From an uncultured Chloroflexia bacterium (lineage in GTDB: Bacteria; Chloroflexota; Limnocylindria; Limnocylindrales; CSP1-4): DNA of 64,000 bases. Positions 1 to 10,404 of this stretch are shown here, one piece after another. The first letter of the stretch is position 1. Each line of letters opens with the position of its first letter. The DNA is taken from contig CAVVCZ010000001.1 in the NCBI GenBank assembly GCA_963746845.1, forward strand, positions 224,001 to 288,000, read 5' to 3'. The translations under genes were made by a program, and so were the position numbers. Under the pieces are notes generated by a model. The model worked only from the letters and a program-made list of their open reading frames with translations. It did not search any database and was not told the DNA's origin.

Positions 1-1
1 G

Positions 2-916
2 TTCCAGTACCACTACTACACGAGCCTGCCGTTCCTGTTCCTCGCGCTCGCCTACTTCCTCGCCGAACTGTGGCACGGCGCCTCGCGCCGGACGTGGCTG
101 CTCGCGCGGCTGACGGCCGCGGTGGGGGTCCTCGGGCCGGCGCTGATGTGGACCTTCGACCGGCCGATCTGTGCCTTCGTCGGCGTGACGAAGGCCAACC
201 CCGGATCCCAGGCCTGCCCGCCGATCATCCCGCAGTTCCTGCTCACGTCACAGACGCTCGCGATGGCGATCGTCGTCGGCGTCGCGGTCCTCGTGTTCCT
301 GCGTCTGCTCGGGCGGATGTCCGGGCGCGACCCGCTCGACAGCCCGGACGGCAACCCCGACGGCGCCGCCCTCGTGCCGCTCCTGCTGACCGCTGCCGGC
401 GCGTTCCTGCTCACGATCGCCGTCCGGATGTTCATCCCGGACACGCCCCTGATCACGATCGACAAGATCCCCGTCGAACCCGTCGCGATCCTCCTCGGGG
501 CGCTCATCGCGGTCCCGATCGCCGCGGTCATCGCGACCGCCCGCGATGCCCGCCGGTTCGTCGTGGGCGCCGTCGTCGCGATGATCGCGTGGTTCGTCGT
601 CGAGTACCCGAACATCAGCGCCCTGCCGCTGCCGACCGCGATCGCGAACGTGTACCAGGGCGTCCTGCCGAGCTACCTGTACGCGTTCCAGTTCCCGGTC
701 AACAACGTCGCGGCCAGCGTCCAGATCCACCTCCTCGGGGCGGTCCCGCTGATGCTCGGGGCGGCGATGGTCTTCCTGTGCCTCGTCGTGGCCTACTCGA
801 CCTGGGTCTGGCGGCTGGCGCTGGCCGAACGGAGCGCCGCCGAGCGCGACCGGTTCGAGCTCGGCGGGGCGGGCGGGGCGACCGGTGGCGCGGGCGGTGG
901 GTCGCGGTCGCCCTGA
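2..916 (+). CDS. C-terminal part of a probable protein O-mannosyltransferase (PMT/GT39-like), 5'-truncated by window edge
   Basis: Frame is open from base 2 and reads FQYHYYTSLPFLFLALAY, resembling the PMT C-terminal FxYHYxPxxPF motif; many TM segments follow. Confidence 0.6.
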   Translation, partial: FQYHYYTSLPFLFLALAYFLAELWHGASRRTWLLARLTAAVGVLGPALMWTFDRPICAFVGVTKANPGSQACPPIIPQFLLTSQTLAMAIVVGVAVLVFLRLLGRMSGRDPLDSPDGNPDGAALVPLLLTAAGAFLLTIAVRMFIPDTPLITIDKIPVEPVAILLGALIAVPIAAVIATARDARRFVVGAVVAMIAWFVVEYPNISALPLPTAIANVYQGVLPSYLYAFQFPVNNVAASVQIHLLGAVPLMLGAAMVFLCLVVAYSTWVWRLALAERSAAERDRFELGGAGGATGGAGGGSRSP

Positions 917-952
917 TCCTCGGTTCGGCCGGCGCCGGGGCGCGATCCGCGG

Positions 953-2260
953 TCAGTCGAGCGGTGCGGCCGGCTCGGGCGACGTGACGGCGGCCGCAAC
1001 CGGGTCCGCGGTCGGGTTCTGGGCCGCCTCGGGCGTCGAGGCGCCGTTCCCGGCCACGGCATCCGCGGGTGTCGGTGCGATCTCGCGGAGGGCCGCTCGT
1101 GGCGACGGCGGGATCGGTGCGTGGAAGCCCGGCGGCAGCTCGCCGCGAGCGGCAAGCCGGCGGATCACCACGCCGTAGAAGTCGTCCACCTTGGCGGTGA
1201 CCCGCGGCCAGCTGAACTCCTCTGCGCGGATGCGGCCGGCGGTGCCCATGGCCCGCCGCTCCTCGTCGTCGTCGAGAAGCCGCGCGATCGCCTCGGCGAG
1301 GGCCTTGGGCTCCCGGGGTGGCACCAGGAGGGCCTCGCGGCCGCGCCGGACGACGCCCTTGTAGCCGTGGATGTCCGAGGCGACGATCGCGGTCCCGGCG
1401 GCCATGGCCTCGAGCAGGACGATCCCGAACGACTCGCCGCCCGTCGCCGGTGACACGTACACATCCGCGGTCCGGAACAGCTGGGCCTTCTCCTCGTCGG
1501 TCACCCGGCCGAGGAACTCCACGTCCCGGAGCCGGCGCGTCGCGACGTAGCGACGGGCCTCACGCGCGAGGGGCCCGCTCCCGACGACGAGGAGGCGACA
1601 CTCGGCGCCCGCCTTCCGGAGGACCCGGAACGCCTTGAGCACATCGAGCAGCCCCTTCCGCGGCTCGAACCGCCCCACGAAGAGGATGTTGGGCCGGCCG
1701 TCCTGCCAGCGGGCGATCGGCACCGCCATCTCGAAGCGACGGATGTCGACGCCGTTCGGGATCACCTTGTAGTCGCCCGGGAAGTAGCGCTCGATGAAGT
1801 GCTTCGCGGCGCCGCTGACCGCGATCCGCCCGTGCAGCCGGCCGGCGTACCCGCGCATCACCCGGCGCCCGAACTCGTAGGAGGGCGAGAACCCGCCGTA
1901 GGCATGGAAGGTGGCGACGTTCACGCTGGTCGAGAGGCGGAGGATGATCGGGGAGAGGAACGGGACGAAGGGCTCGTGGAAGTGGAGCAGGTCGAACTGC
2001 TCGCGCTCGAGCATGTCCCGGACCTGGGAGACGAAGCGGGGCGACAGGGTGACGGTCCCGACGGAGCCGTTGACAGGCATCGAGAAGCCCTTGCCGATCC
2101 GGATGATGTCGCCCTCGGAGGCCCGCTGGAGGCCGTGGGACGAGCTCAGGATCCGGACGTCGTGGCCGCGCAGCCGGAGGTTCTGGTACAGGTACTGGAC
2201 ATGCTGGGTCACACCGCCGGGGAGCGGGTAGACGTACGGCGTGACGAGCCCGATCTTCAT
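953..2260 (-). CDS. pimA: GT4 phosphatidyl-myo-inositol alpha-mannosyltransferase (PimA-like)
   Basis: MKIGLVTPY..PGGV, HFHEP, EPRKG, GGESFGIVLLEAMAAG; ATG overlaps PHP gene stop (ATGA); pgsA/ino1/acyltransferase context. Confidence 0.85.
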   Translation of the reverse strand: MKIGLVTPYVYPLPGGVTQHVQYLYQNLRLRGHDVRILSSSHGLQRASEGDIIRIGKGFSMPVNGSVGTVTLSPRFVSQVRDMLEREQFDLLHFHEPFVPFLSPIILRLSTSVNVATFHAYGGFSPSYEFGRRVMRGYAGRLHGRIAVSGAAKHFIERYFPGDYKVIPNGVDIRRFEMAVPIARWQDGRPNILFVGRFEPRKGLLDVLKAFRVLRKAGAECRLLVVGSGPLAREARRYVATRRLRDVEFLGRVTDEEKAQLFRTADVYVSPATGGESFGIVLLEAMAAGTAIVASDIHGYKGVVRRGREALLVPPREPKALAEAIARLLDDDEERRAMGTAGRIRAEEFSWPRVTAKVDDFYGVVIRRLAARGELPPGFHAPIPPSPRAALREIAPTPADAVAGNGASTPEAAQNPTADPVAAAVTSPEPAAPLD

Positions 2261-3102
2261 TGCTCGCGATTCTCCGTCCCGGCGGCGGTCTCCGTGCGCT
2301 CGCGCCGCCACGCTTCGTCGAACCGCGGCGGCCGGTGGCGGCCACCTGGATAGCCGAGGTCCCGGCCCGTGCCGTCTCGACGGACCGTCGCCCGGATCGA
2401 CGCCCGCGCATCCGCGCTGTACTTCCGGAGCTGCTCGCTGAAGGTTGCGAGCTGCCGCCCCGTGCCATGGAACGAGCCGTGCTGGTGCGTGGCACCGGCT
2501 CCGATCGCCGCCCGGAGGTCATCGGCCGTACGGCCGGGGAATGTCGACCAGCCTGTCCCGATCGCGACGGCCTGGTGGGCGTCGCTGTTGCCGACCGTCG
2601 GGAGACCGTGTTCCTCGGCGAACCGGACGACGCGACCGTGCCACGGTCGGCCGAGCATCGTCGGGTTGAACGCCTCGATCGCGTCAGGCCGGACACGCGG
2701 ATCGGGGTCGCGGATCAGGCGGCGGAGAACCCAGCCCTGGGCACACAGCGGGTACGGCACGAGTGGATGGGCGGGGATGGCCAGGCCGCCTTGCTCGTGG
2801 ATCTCTCCGATCGTCGTCCGAAGGCCGCGCATCGGTCGGACGCGCTCCTCGATGAACAGCGCGAGCAGGTGTCCGCCGAGGGTCGAGACCTCCTCTCCGA
2901 CGATCACCTCGGCCCGGTGGCCGAGGTCTCGAGCCATCGTTCGGGCCGCGATCGCCGCGTCGATCCGCTCGTGGTCGGTGATCGCGATGACGTCAAGGTC
3001 GGTCGAGTGCTCGACGAACTGGAGGATCGCACGGATCGGGTCGATTCCGTCCGAGGCGCGAGTGTGGATGTGGAGGTCGGCCCGGCCCAGACGCTCGGTC
3101 AC
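2257..3102 (-). CDS. PHP-domain phosphoesterase
   Basis: ADLHIHT..SDG, AITDH, GEEVST, AHP, GNSDAH motifs; GTG start overlaps upstream stop. Confidence 0.85.
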   Translation of the reverse strand: MTERLGRADLHIHTRASDGIDPIRAILQFVEHSTDLDVIAITDHERIDAAIAARTMARDLGHRAEVIVGEEVSTLGGHLLALFIEERVRPMRGLRTTIGEIHEQGGLAIPAHPLVPYPLCAQGWVLRRLIRDPDPRVRPDAIEAFNPTMLGRPWHGRVVRFAEEHGLPTVGNSDAHQAVAIGTGWSTFPGRTADDLRAAIGAGATHQHGSFHGTGRQLATFSEQLRKYSADARASIRATVRRDGTGRDLGYPGGRHRPPRFDEAWRRERTETAAGTENREQ

Positions 3103-4091
3103 GGCGTCCCTCCGGCGGCACCCTCGGCGGTCGCGAGGTCCGGCCAGATCGGGAAGAACGCCCCGGACCACTGCTCCGGCGCGTCGGCGATCAGGTCCTC
3201 GAAGGCCGCCGCGAGCGACGCCAGGGTCGCGGTGATCCGCTCGCGTCGACTGCCAGTGGCCGGGGCCTGGACCGCGATCAGGCGTCCGGCATAGCGGCCG
3301 ACGCCGAGCCGCCGGATGCCGACGGCCGCGATCGTCGCACCCGACTCGGCGGCCAGCAGCGCCGGGCCGATCGGGAACGGCGCCGGAGCCCCGAAGAACG
3401 GCACGTCGATGCCGCCGCCCGCGATGTCCCGGTCGGCGACGATCCCGACGTAGCCATCCGCGGCGAGCGCCGCCTGGAGCTCCCGCCGGGCCTCCCGCAG
3501 GCTGACGATCCGGACGCCGAGTGATCCTCGCGTCTCCTCGAACCAGGCCTGCAGGGGCGGATCCTCGACGGTCTCCATCGGGGCAACGAAAGTCCGTCCG
3601 GAGCGCTGGGCCAGGTAGAGCGCCGGCAGCTCGATCGGGCCGAAGTGGGCCGCGACGAAGACCACCGGCCCGCCGTCGAAGACGGCGGCGACGGCCTCGG
3701 GGGTCTCGATGGCGACGAGGGACTCGAAGATGCCCGGGGGCAGGCTCGGGACCCGCAGGATCTCGAGGTAGTAGCGGGCGTCGTGACGGAACGCGAGCCG
3801 GACGAGCCGCTCCAGCTCCGCGGGATCGTGAGCGGCGGCCCGGGCACGATCCGGCCCGCGACCCCGCCGATCCAGCTCCGCAGCGATCCGGCCGAAGTTC
3901 CGTCGTGCCTGGGCGGCGCGGGCGGGAGCGAGCCGGTACCAGAGACCGCCCGCGACGTCGGCCAGGGCGACCCCGACCCGCTCGGGGAGGTGGCAGGCGA
4001 TCCACGAGGCCCCACGGAGCACGACGACGCGTGCGCGCTGGATGGGAGTGCCGCGCCGGCGCGGCTCGACCGCGTCCCCGGCGCTCGTCAC
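3099..4091 (-). CDS. PatA/LpxL-family lipid acyltransferase (paralog 1)
   Basis: AHFGPIE, VADRD, VPFFG, PEQW..F.PIW motifs; GTG at 4091 overlaps upstream stop. Confidence 0.8.
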   Translation of the reverse strand: MTSAGDAVEPRRRGTPIQRARVVVLRGASWIACHLPERVGVALADVAGGLWYRLAPARAAQARRNFGRIAAELDRRGRGPDRARAAAHDPAELERLVRLAFRHDARYYLEILRVPSLPPGIFESLVAIETPEAVAAVFDGGPVVFVAAHFGPIELPALYLAQRSGRTFVAPMETVEDPPLQAWFEETRGSLGVRIVSLREARRELQAALAADGYVGIVADRDIAGGGIDVPFFGAPAPFPIGPALLAAESGATIAAVGIRRLGVGRYAGRLIAVQAPATGSRRERITATLASLAAAFEDLIADAPEQWSGAFFPIWPDLATAEGAAGGTP

Positions 4092-5227
4092 GAGGCCGCG
4101 AGCTCGGGGCCGGATCGGCTCGCCAGCTCGGACCGTGCCGGCGGGTCGGCCGTGTCGTCGGGTTCGCTCGGATGGCCCGGATCGGTCGGCGGATCCCCGC
4201 CGAGCATCGCCGTCGCGCGGGCCTCCAGCTCGGCCGCCTCCTCGGCCGTCGCCGGCCAGATCGGCTTGAAGCTGTACCACTGCTCGGGCGCCGCGCCGAT
4301 CGTCGCCTCGAGGGCGTCGGCGATCTCCTGCGTCGCGCGGGCGATGTCGGCGTCGGACGAGGACGGGACCGTGATCAGGGGCGAGAACCGGATGTGGAAC
4401 ATCCCGTCGGCCTCGCGCCGGATCGCGACCGGCAGGATCACGGACCTGGTCTTCGCGGCCAGCGTCGCGGGTCCGGCAGGAAGCGTCGTCCAGGCCCCGA
4501 ACAGCCGGACCGGGATCCCGTCGGATCGGTAGCCCCAGTCGATCAGCAGCGCGAGCATCTCGCGCCGTTTGAGGATCGAGTAGATCTCGCGCAGGTTCCG
4601 CCACGGAACGACGTGGATGCCCCACGCCTCGCGCAGCCGGCGGAACCGCTCGAACATTTCCGGGAACGTCGAATCGTCGGCGACGACGCTGATCGGCCAG
4701 CCGCGGTTCGCGACGCCGGCGGCCACGGCCTCGTTGTTGCCGACATGGCCGAGGGCGAAGATCAGGCCGCCCTCGGACGACTGCCGGAAGTCGTTGATCC
4801 GCTCGAGGTCCGTCTGGACGACCCGCCGGATCGCCTCGTCCGGCGAGAGCGACTCCAGGCGCATGACCTCGACGAGGTAGCGCGCGTACTCCCGGTACGC
4901 CGCCAGCGCGAGCCGCCGCACGCGCCGGTCGTCCGGCGGCAGACCCGCCACGCGACCGAAGTTCGCGTTCGACCAGGCGCGCTTCGTCGGCCACAGCAGG
5001 TAGCCGGCCTGGCTCGCCGTCCCGATCACCCACCGCGCGAGGCTCTCCGGGACGTGCGCCACCATCCACACGGCGACCGTGTAGGCCGCGACGACCACCT
5101 TCTCGAGCGGCCGCCGCGTCAGGAGTTCCTTCATCCGGCGCAGGCGGAGCCGGAGCCCCGTGACGCCGTTCCCGGTCGCGTCCTTCGCGCCCTGATCGCG
5201 CCGCCGATGCGGCGCCTCGAGCGTCAT
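4088..5227 (-). CDS. PatA/LpxL-family lipid acyltransferase (paralog 2)
   Basis: GHVGNNE, VRLFG...[17 protein letters not shown] motifs. Confidence 0.8.
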   Translation of the reverse strand: MTLEAPHRRRDQGAKDATGNGVTGLRLRLRRMKELLTRRPLEKVVVAAYTVAVWMVAHVPESLARWVIGTASQAGYLLWPTKRAWSNANFGRVAGLPPDDRRVRRLALAAYREYARYLVEVMRLESLSPDEAIRRVVQTDLERINDFRQSSEGGLIFALGHVGNNEAVAAGVANRGWPISVVADDSTFPEMFERFRRLREAWGIHVVPWRNLREIYSILKRREMLALLIDWGYRSDGIPVRLFGAWTTLPAGPATLAAKTRSVILPVAIRREADGMFHIRFSPLITVPSSSDADIARATQEIADALEATIGAAPEQWYSFKPIWPATAEEAAELEARATAMLGGDPPTDPGHPSEPDDTADPPARSELASRSGPELAAS

Positions 5228-6450
5228 CGGGCCGCGGCCGCGGCCTTCTTCGTTGCCGCGACGGGAGCCGCCGATGCGAGCTTCCGGAGCTGGGCCTTCG
5301 TCAGGTTCTCGGTCCCGACGAGCGTCTCGTTGTCCTCGCCGCGGATGAACGCCTCGACCCGCTGGTGCGCGATGTCGTCGTGGATCTGGATCGGCGGGCT
5401 CTTCATGAAGTAGCTCGACGGGGCGACGAGCGTGCCCTTCAGCCCACGATCGAGGCCGAGCCGGAGGCAGCGGATCGCGTCGGTGATGACGCCGGCGCTG
5501 TTCGGGCTGTCCCAGACCTCGAGCTTGAGCTCGGCGTTCAGCGGCACGTCACCGTAGGTCGTGCCCTCCATCCGGATGTAGCACCACTTGCGATCCTGGA
5601 GCCACGGCACGTGATCGCTCGGGCCGACGTGGACGTTGTCCGGGTCCATGTCGTAGTCGAGCATCGAGGTCACGGCGTTCGTCTTCGAGATCTTCTTGGA
5701 CTCGAGCCGCTCGCGCTCGAGCATGTTCAGGAAGTCCGTGTTGCCGCCGAAGTTCAGCTGGTAGGTCCGGTCGAGGCGGACGCCGCGGTCCATGAACAGC
5801 CGGGTCAGGACGCGGTGGCTGATCGTGGCGCCGACCTGGCTCTTGATGTCGTCGCCGATGACCGGGAGGCCCTCCTCGGCGAACCGGCGCTGCCAGTACG
5901 GCTCACGCCCGATGAACACCGGGATCGCGTTGATGAATCCGACGCCGGCGCGGAGCGCCTGCTCGACGTACCACTTCGTCGCCTCCTCGGAGCCGACCGG
6001 CAGGTACGACACGACGACGTCGACCTGGCGCTCCTTGAGGATCCCGACGACGTCCGCCGTCGGCCCGGGCGCCTTCTCGATGATCTGGCTCAAATACTTG
6101 CCGAGGCCGTCGTGGGTCATCCCGCGCTCGACGGGGACGTCGAGCTTGGGGACCTGCTGGAAGACGAACGTGTTGTTCGGCTTCTGGTAGATCGCCTCGC
6201 CGAGGTCCTTGCCGACCTTGTTCTTGTCGATGTCGAAGGCGGCGACGAACTCGATGTCCCGGATGTGGTAGCCGCCGAGATTGACGTGCATGAGCCCGGG
6301 GACGAACTCGTCGTCCTTGGCGTTCTCGTAGTAGTACCGGCCCTGGACGAGGCTGCTCGCGCAGTTGCCCACGCCGACGATCGCGACGCGGATCTTCTTG
6401 CCCGGCTTGTGGCCGTTCGCGCTCGCGCCGTTGCTCCCGTTCGTGCTCAC
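5224..6450 (-). CDS. ino1: myo-inositol-1-phosphate synthase
   Basis: [43 protein letters not shown]; SD AAGGAG before GTG 6450. Confidence 0.95.
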   Translation of the reverse strand: MSTNGSNGASANGHKPGKKIRVAIVGVGNCASSLVQGRYYYENAKDDEFVPGLMHVNLGGYHIRDIEFVAAFDIDKNKVGKDLGEAIYQKPNNTFVFQQVPKLDVPVERGMTHDGLGKYLSQIIEKAPGPTADVVGILKERQVDVVVSYLPVGSEEATKWYVEQALRAGVGFINAIPVFIGREPYWQRRFAEEGLPVIGDDIKSQVGATISHRVLTRLFMDRGVRLDRTYQLNFGGNTDFLNMLERERLESKKISKTNAVTSMLDYDMDPDNVHVGPSDHVPWLQDRKWCYIRMEGTTYGDVPLNAELKLEVWDSPNSAGVITDAIRCLRLGLDRGLKGTLVAPSSYFMKSPPIQIHDDIAHQRVEAFIRGEDNETLVGTENLTKAQLRKLASAAPVAATKKAAAAAR

Positions 6451-7115
6451 TCGTGCTCCTTGCTCGATGACTGGCCGATGACATGCAGGATGCGCTGGAT
6501 GGTGGTGATCGTCGCGAGGACCGTGATCAGGCCGAGGCAGACGGCGAGGGCCGCGCGGCCGCCCGCCCAGGTCCCGTCGACCGATGTGCCCCCGAGGATC
6601 GCGGTGAGGATGAGCCCGACCGTCAGGATGACGATCCGGACCTCGCGCGGCGCGAATCCGACGTTGGCCATGCCCTTGCCGGGCGTGAACCCCTCGCTCT
6701 CGGATTTCGCCCGAGCGTAGCTGACCATGAACGCCGCGCTCATCGCGGCGGCCGCGAGCACCGCTCCGACGCCGAAGCCGGCGAGGACGCAGCCCCACGC
6801 GATCCCGATGTACACGACGCCCTCGCCCCACCGGTCGAAGACCGAATCCATGAACGCGCCGAGCGCCGACGTCTTCCCGGTTGCCCGGGCGAGCGCGCCG
6901 TCGAACAGGTCGAACACGCCGCCGAAGACGACGAGGAGGCCGGCCAGCAGCCAGATCTGGGCGGCCGCAGCGAGGGCGGCGAGGATCGCGATCGCGAATC
7001 CGATCAGCGTCAGTGCATTCGGGGTGAGGCCGACTTTGCCGAAGGCGAGGGCGATCGGGACGACCATGCCCCGGACCCGGGCCCGCGTCTCCGGGCTGAT
7101 CATCGAGCCACTCAC
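6447..7115 (-). CDS. pgsA: CDP-alcohol phosphatidyltransferase (phosphatidylinositol-phosphate synthase-like)
   Basis: TPNALT and DLFDGALAR...[10 protein letters not shown] signature; adjacent to ino1. Confidence 0.85.
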   Translation of the reverse strand: MSGSMISPETRARVRGMVVPIALAFGKVGLTPNALTLIGFAIAILAALAAAAQIWLLAGLLVVFGGVFDLFDGALARATGKTSALGAFMDSVFDRWGEGVVYIGIAWGCVLAGFGVGAVLAAAAMSAAFMVSYARAKSESEGFTPGKGMANVGFAPREVRIVILTVGLILTAILGGTSVDGTWAGGRAALAVCLGLITVLATITTIQRILHVIGQSSSKEHE

Positions 7116-7471
7116 GAGGCGGCCCGCTCCGGGCCGGCGCCGGCGATCCCGAGGACGGCGGCCTGCCGGCCCTCGAACTCGGCGAACGCCTCGGGCAGGA
7201 GACGACAGAACGTCTCGCGGCCGATCCTGCGGGTCGCGACCAGGCCGGCGGCGCGCAGCCGCCCGATGTGCCACGACACGAGCGGCTGCGACAGCCCGAC
7301 CGAGGCGACGAGCTCCGCGACCGTCGACTCGGCCTGGGCGAGGACCCGGACGATCCGCAGGCGGTTCACATCGGCCAGGGTCTTGTGCACGAGGCGCAGC
7401 TCACGCAGCTCGTCCGGCTGGAGGACGGCGTTGGCGATCGTGCTGCGGACGTGGGCGCGGGAGGGACTCAG
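7112..7471 (-). CDS. ArsR/SmtB-family transcriptional regulator (probable CTG start at 7471; first GTG at 7390)
   Basis: [12 protein letters not shown]...[19 protein letters not shown] wHTH; frame open upstream of the GTG, with GAGG 9 nt before CTG 7471. Confidence 0.8.
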   Translation of the reverse strand: MSPSRAHVRSTIANAVLQPDELRELRLVHKTLADVNRLRIVRVLAQAESTVAELVASVGLSQPLVSWHIGRLRAAGLVATRRIGRETFCRLLPEAFAEFEGRQAAVLGIAGAGPERAAS

Positions 7472-7500
7472 GGTCGGGGACCTCGTCTGGTGGCCGTCGC

Positions 7501-7532
7501 ATCAACGGTGGTTTATATCAACGGTGGTTGAT
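7501..7532. promoter_or_regulatory. Tandem palindromic operator (probable ArsR autoregulatory site)
   Basis: ATCAACGGTGGTTTAT followed by ATCAACGGTGGTTGAT; the second is a perfect 6-4-6 inverted repeat; overlaps the -10 and +1 region. Confidence 0.7.
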
Positions 7533-7560
7533 CCTAACGACGCCCCGCGTGCGGTGTCAA
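7531..7560 (-). promoter_or_regulatory. sigma70-type promoter of the [11 protein letters not shown]1 operon
   Basis: TTGACA-18 nt-TAGGAT on minus strand. Confidence 0.75.
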
Positions 7561-7652
7561 GCCTCGAAGCGCGTGCGGGAGGGCGGTGACAGGCCACGAC
7601 TGCGCCATCGCCGGAGGCCGACGGGACCCGGAAACCCCTGTACCCTCCGGCG

Positions 7653-9350
7653 GTGAGCCGGTTCAACGCGTGGAGCCTCCTGGCGGTCTTCGGGATCGGC
7701 GTGTTCCTCGCCGGTCTGGAGCTCCTGATCACGGCCACCGCGCTGCCGTCGATCCTGCTCGACCTGGCGACGACCGACCAGATCGGCAAGCCGGCCTTCT
7801 CCGAGCTCCGCCACGCGTCGTGGATCGTGACCGGCTACCTGCTCGCGTACGTCGTCGCGATGCCGCTCGCCGGACGGCTCGCCGACGTGTGGGGGGCGCG
7901 ACGGCTGTTCCTCTCGGCGCTGATCGTGTTCACCCTCGGGTCGCTCGCGGCGGGCCGGGCCCAGACGATCGACGAGCTGATCGCCGGCCGGGTGATCCAG
8001 GGGATCGGTGGCGGCATCCTCGTCCCGGTCGGGACGGCTGCGGCGTCGCACCTGTTCGACGGCGACGACCGGCCCCGGGCGCTCGGGATCATCGGGGCGC
8101 TGACGTTCCTCGGGATGGCGGTCGGTCCGTTCCTCGGCGCGGCGATCCTCGGCGGGCTCGACGTGACGGGCGGGCTCTTCCGGCTCGGGATCGCCCCGGG
8201 CACGGCTCTCCACGAGGCGCTGGCGCCGTCGTGGCGCTGGGTCTTCTACGTCAATGTCCCGATCGGCCTGATCGCCTTGCTCATCGCCTGGGCAGCCTCG
8301 AGCGGCTGGGAGACGCCGCGTCGCCACGTCGGCGTGGATGTCGTTGGGGCGGTGATCTGGAGCGTGGCCCTCGCGGCGGGGCTCGGCGCGGTGACGCTGA
8401 TCGGCGTGTCCGATCTCGGTGGCCCGAACCCGGTGCTCGTCGGGGTCGTCCTGACCGCCATCGCGGTCATCGGGGTCGGCGCGACGATCGTCCGGGGCTT
8501 CCGCCGGCCGGACCCGTTCCTCGATCCGCGACTGTTCCGGAGCGTGACGTTCAGCTCCGCCGCGCTCGTGTCCCTGCTCACCGGCTTCGCCTTCGCGACC
8601 GCGATCATCGGTGGCGCGGTGTTCGTCGACCGCGTGCTGTACGGCGGCCCGGACGACCAGCGGTTCGCGCTCGGCGCGCTGGCGGCGGCCACGGCCGTCG
8701 GGGCGCTCGTGAGCGGGTTCGCCGTCCGCGCCCTGTCGCTGCGGGTGGTCACGCTCGTCGGGCTCGTCCTGTCCGCGTCCACGCTCTTCCTGATGTCCGG
8801 CTGGAGCCCGGAGGTGGCGCTCCCCACGGTCGCGGGCCTGCTCGGCCTGTTCGGGCTCGGGTTCGGGCTCACGGTCACGCCGCGGAGCACGGCGGCGGTC
8901 GAATCGGCCGGGCGTGCCGCGTACGGGATGGCGAGCGCGATCGTGACCGTCTCCCGGATGATCGGGATGGCGATCGGGGTGTCGATCCTGACCGCCTATG
9001 GCTCGACCCAGATCGACCGGCTGTACGACCGGTTGTTCGCGGCCGACAACCCCGACGGCTGGCGGGCGGTCATCCCGGCCGAGCTCCGCGACCACGACCT
9101 CCGCGACGCCCTGGTCGTCGAGGCGCTCGAAGGCTGGGCCGCCCGCGAGGCGTCGGCGATCCTCGTCGGGATCTTCCTCGCGGCGGGTGTCGTGACGGTC
9201 GTGGCGATCCCACCCGCGCTCGCCCTCGGCGGGCGGGCGCGTAGACTCTCGACCGGGCGGGCCGCGACCGACGCGGACGCCATGACGGGACCGGGAGGCA
9301 TCGCCGGGCCAGATGGTCGAGACGAGCTCGAGGCGCCGATCGCGCTCTGA
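7653..9350 (+). CDS. DHA2-type (14-TM) MFS efflux transporter
   Basis: WIVTGYLL, GRLADVWGARR, GRVIQGIGGG, WRWVFYVNVPIG; TACCCT -10 6 nt before GTG. Confidence 0.9.
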   Translation: MSRFNAWSLLAVFGIGVFLAGLELLITATALPSILLDLATTDQIGKPAFSELRHASWIVTGYLLAYVVAMPLAGRLADVWGARRLFLSALIVFTLGSLAAGRAQTIDELIAGRVIQGIGGGILVPVGTAAASHLFDGDDRPRALGIIGALTFLGMAVGPFLGAAILGGLDVTGGLFRLGIAPGTALHEALAPSWRWVFYVNVPIGLIALLIAWAASSGWETPRRHVGVDVVGAVIWSVALAAGLGAVTLIGVSDLGGPNPVLVGVVLTAIAVIGVGATIVRGFRRPDPFLDPRLFRSVTFSSAALVSLLTGFAFATAIIGGAVFVDRVLYGGPDDQRFALGALAAATAVGALVSGFAVRALSLRVVTLVGLVLSASTLFLMSGWSPEVALPTVAGLLGLFGLGFGLTVTPRSTAAVESAGRAAYGMASAIVTVSRMIGMAIGVSILTAYGSTQIDRLYDRLFAADNPDGWRAVIPAELRDHDLRDALVVEALEGWAAREASAILVGIFLAAGVVTVVAIPPALALGGRARRLSTGRAATDADAMTGPGGIAGPDGRDELEAPIAL

Positions 9351-9387
9351 CACCGGATCGGGCGCGAACGGCGGCGACCCGATCCCC

Positions 9388-10386
9388 ATGAAGGGGACGG
9401 CCGACGACCTCGGCGCCCGGCAGCCGGGTGCGGCGCACATCGTCGCGTGCCGCAACGGCTCCGCGACCGAGTCGTCCACCGTCACCGACATCGCCGGGCT
9501 GATCGCCGATCCGGACCAGCGCCTCTGGATCGACCTCGCGTCGCCGAGCCTCGACGAGATCCGGATCGTCGCCGATGCCCTCGGCCTGCACCCGCTCGTC
9601 GCCGAGGACATCGCGGAGCGGAACAACCGGGCGAAGGTGGAGACCTTCGACGAGGTCGTCCATATCGTCCTGTTCGCGCTCACGTACCCCGGCGAGGCGA
9701 CCGCGTCCGAGGTCGACTTCGTGCTCGGTCCGCAGTACCTGCTGACGGTCCATGACGGCTCGCTCGGCTCGTCGACGACGGCGCCGCTGCGGTTCGGGGT
9801 CGAGAAGGCCCTCCACAAGGGCCCGGACTTCCTGCTGTACGCCCTGGCGGACACGATCGTCGACGGCTATTTCCCGGTCCTCGACCGGATCGGCGACGAC
9901 ATCGACGAGCTCCAGGACCGGGTGATCGAGACCGCGAACGAGTGGACGCTCCAGCGGCTGTTCGCGCTCAAGCGCGAGCTCGCGTCGCTGCGCCGGGCGA
10001 CGTCGCCGGCGCGCGAGGTCTTCGCCCAGCTCACGAACCGCGACATGGCCGCGATCGACGAGCGCCACCTCGTCTACTTCCGCGACGTGTACGACCACCT
10101 GATCCGGGTGACGGACGAGCTCGACAACGACCGGGACCTCGTCGCGGGCACCCTCGACATCTACGTCTCGATCGTGAACAACGACCTGTCGCGGATCATG
10201 AAGCGGCTGACCGGCGTGACGGTGATCCTTGCCGGGATCGGGGCGGTGGCCGGGATCTTCGGGATGAGCGAGGCCGGCAACGCGTTCAACGGCGGCGAGG
10301 CGAACGGCTTCTGGCTGGTGACCGGCTTCGTGATCCTCGTCTCGGTGGGCGCCGCGGCGCTCCTCCATCGGATCGACTGGATCTGA
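9388..10386 (+). CDS. corA: CorA-family divalent cation transporter
   Basis: LHPLVAED, DTIVDGYFP, YFRDVYDH, IMKRLT, 2 C-terminal TMs; signature reads GMS instead of GMN. Confidence 0.85.
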   Translation: MKGTADDLGARQPGAAHIVACRNGSATESSTVTDIAGLIADPDQRLWIDLASPSLDEIRIVADALGLHPLVAEDIAERNNRAKVETFDEVVHIVLFALTYPGEATASEVDFVLGPQYLLTVHDGSLGSSTTAPLRFGVEKALHKGPDFLLYALADTIVDGYFPVLDRIGDDIDELQDRVIETANEWTLQRLFALKRELASLRRATSPAREVFAQLTNRDMAAIDERHLVYFRDVYDHLIRVTDELDNDRDLVAGTLDIYVSIVNNDLSRIMKRLTGVTVILAGIGAVAGIFGMSEAGNAFNGGEANGFWLVTGFVILVSVGAAALLHRIDWI

Positions 10387-10404
10387 CGACCGACGGGGCG
10401 GACG

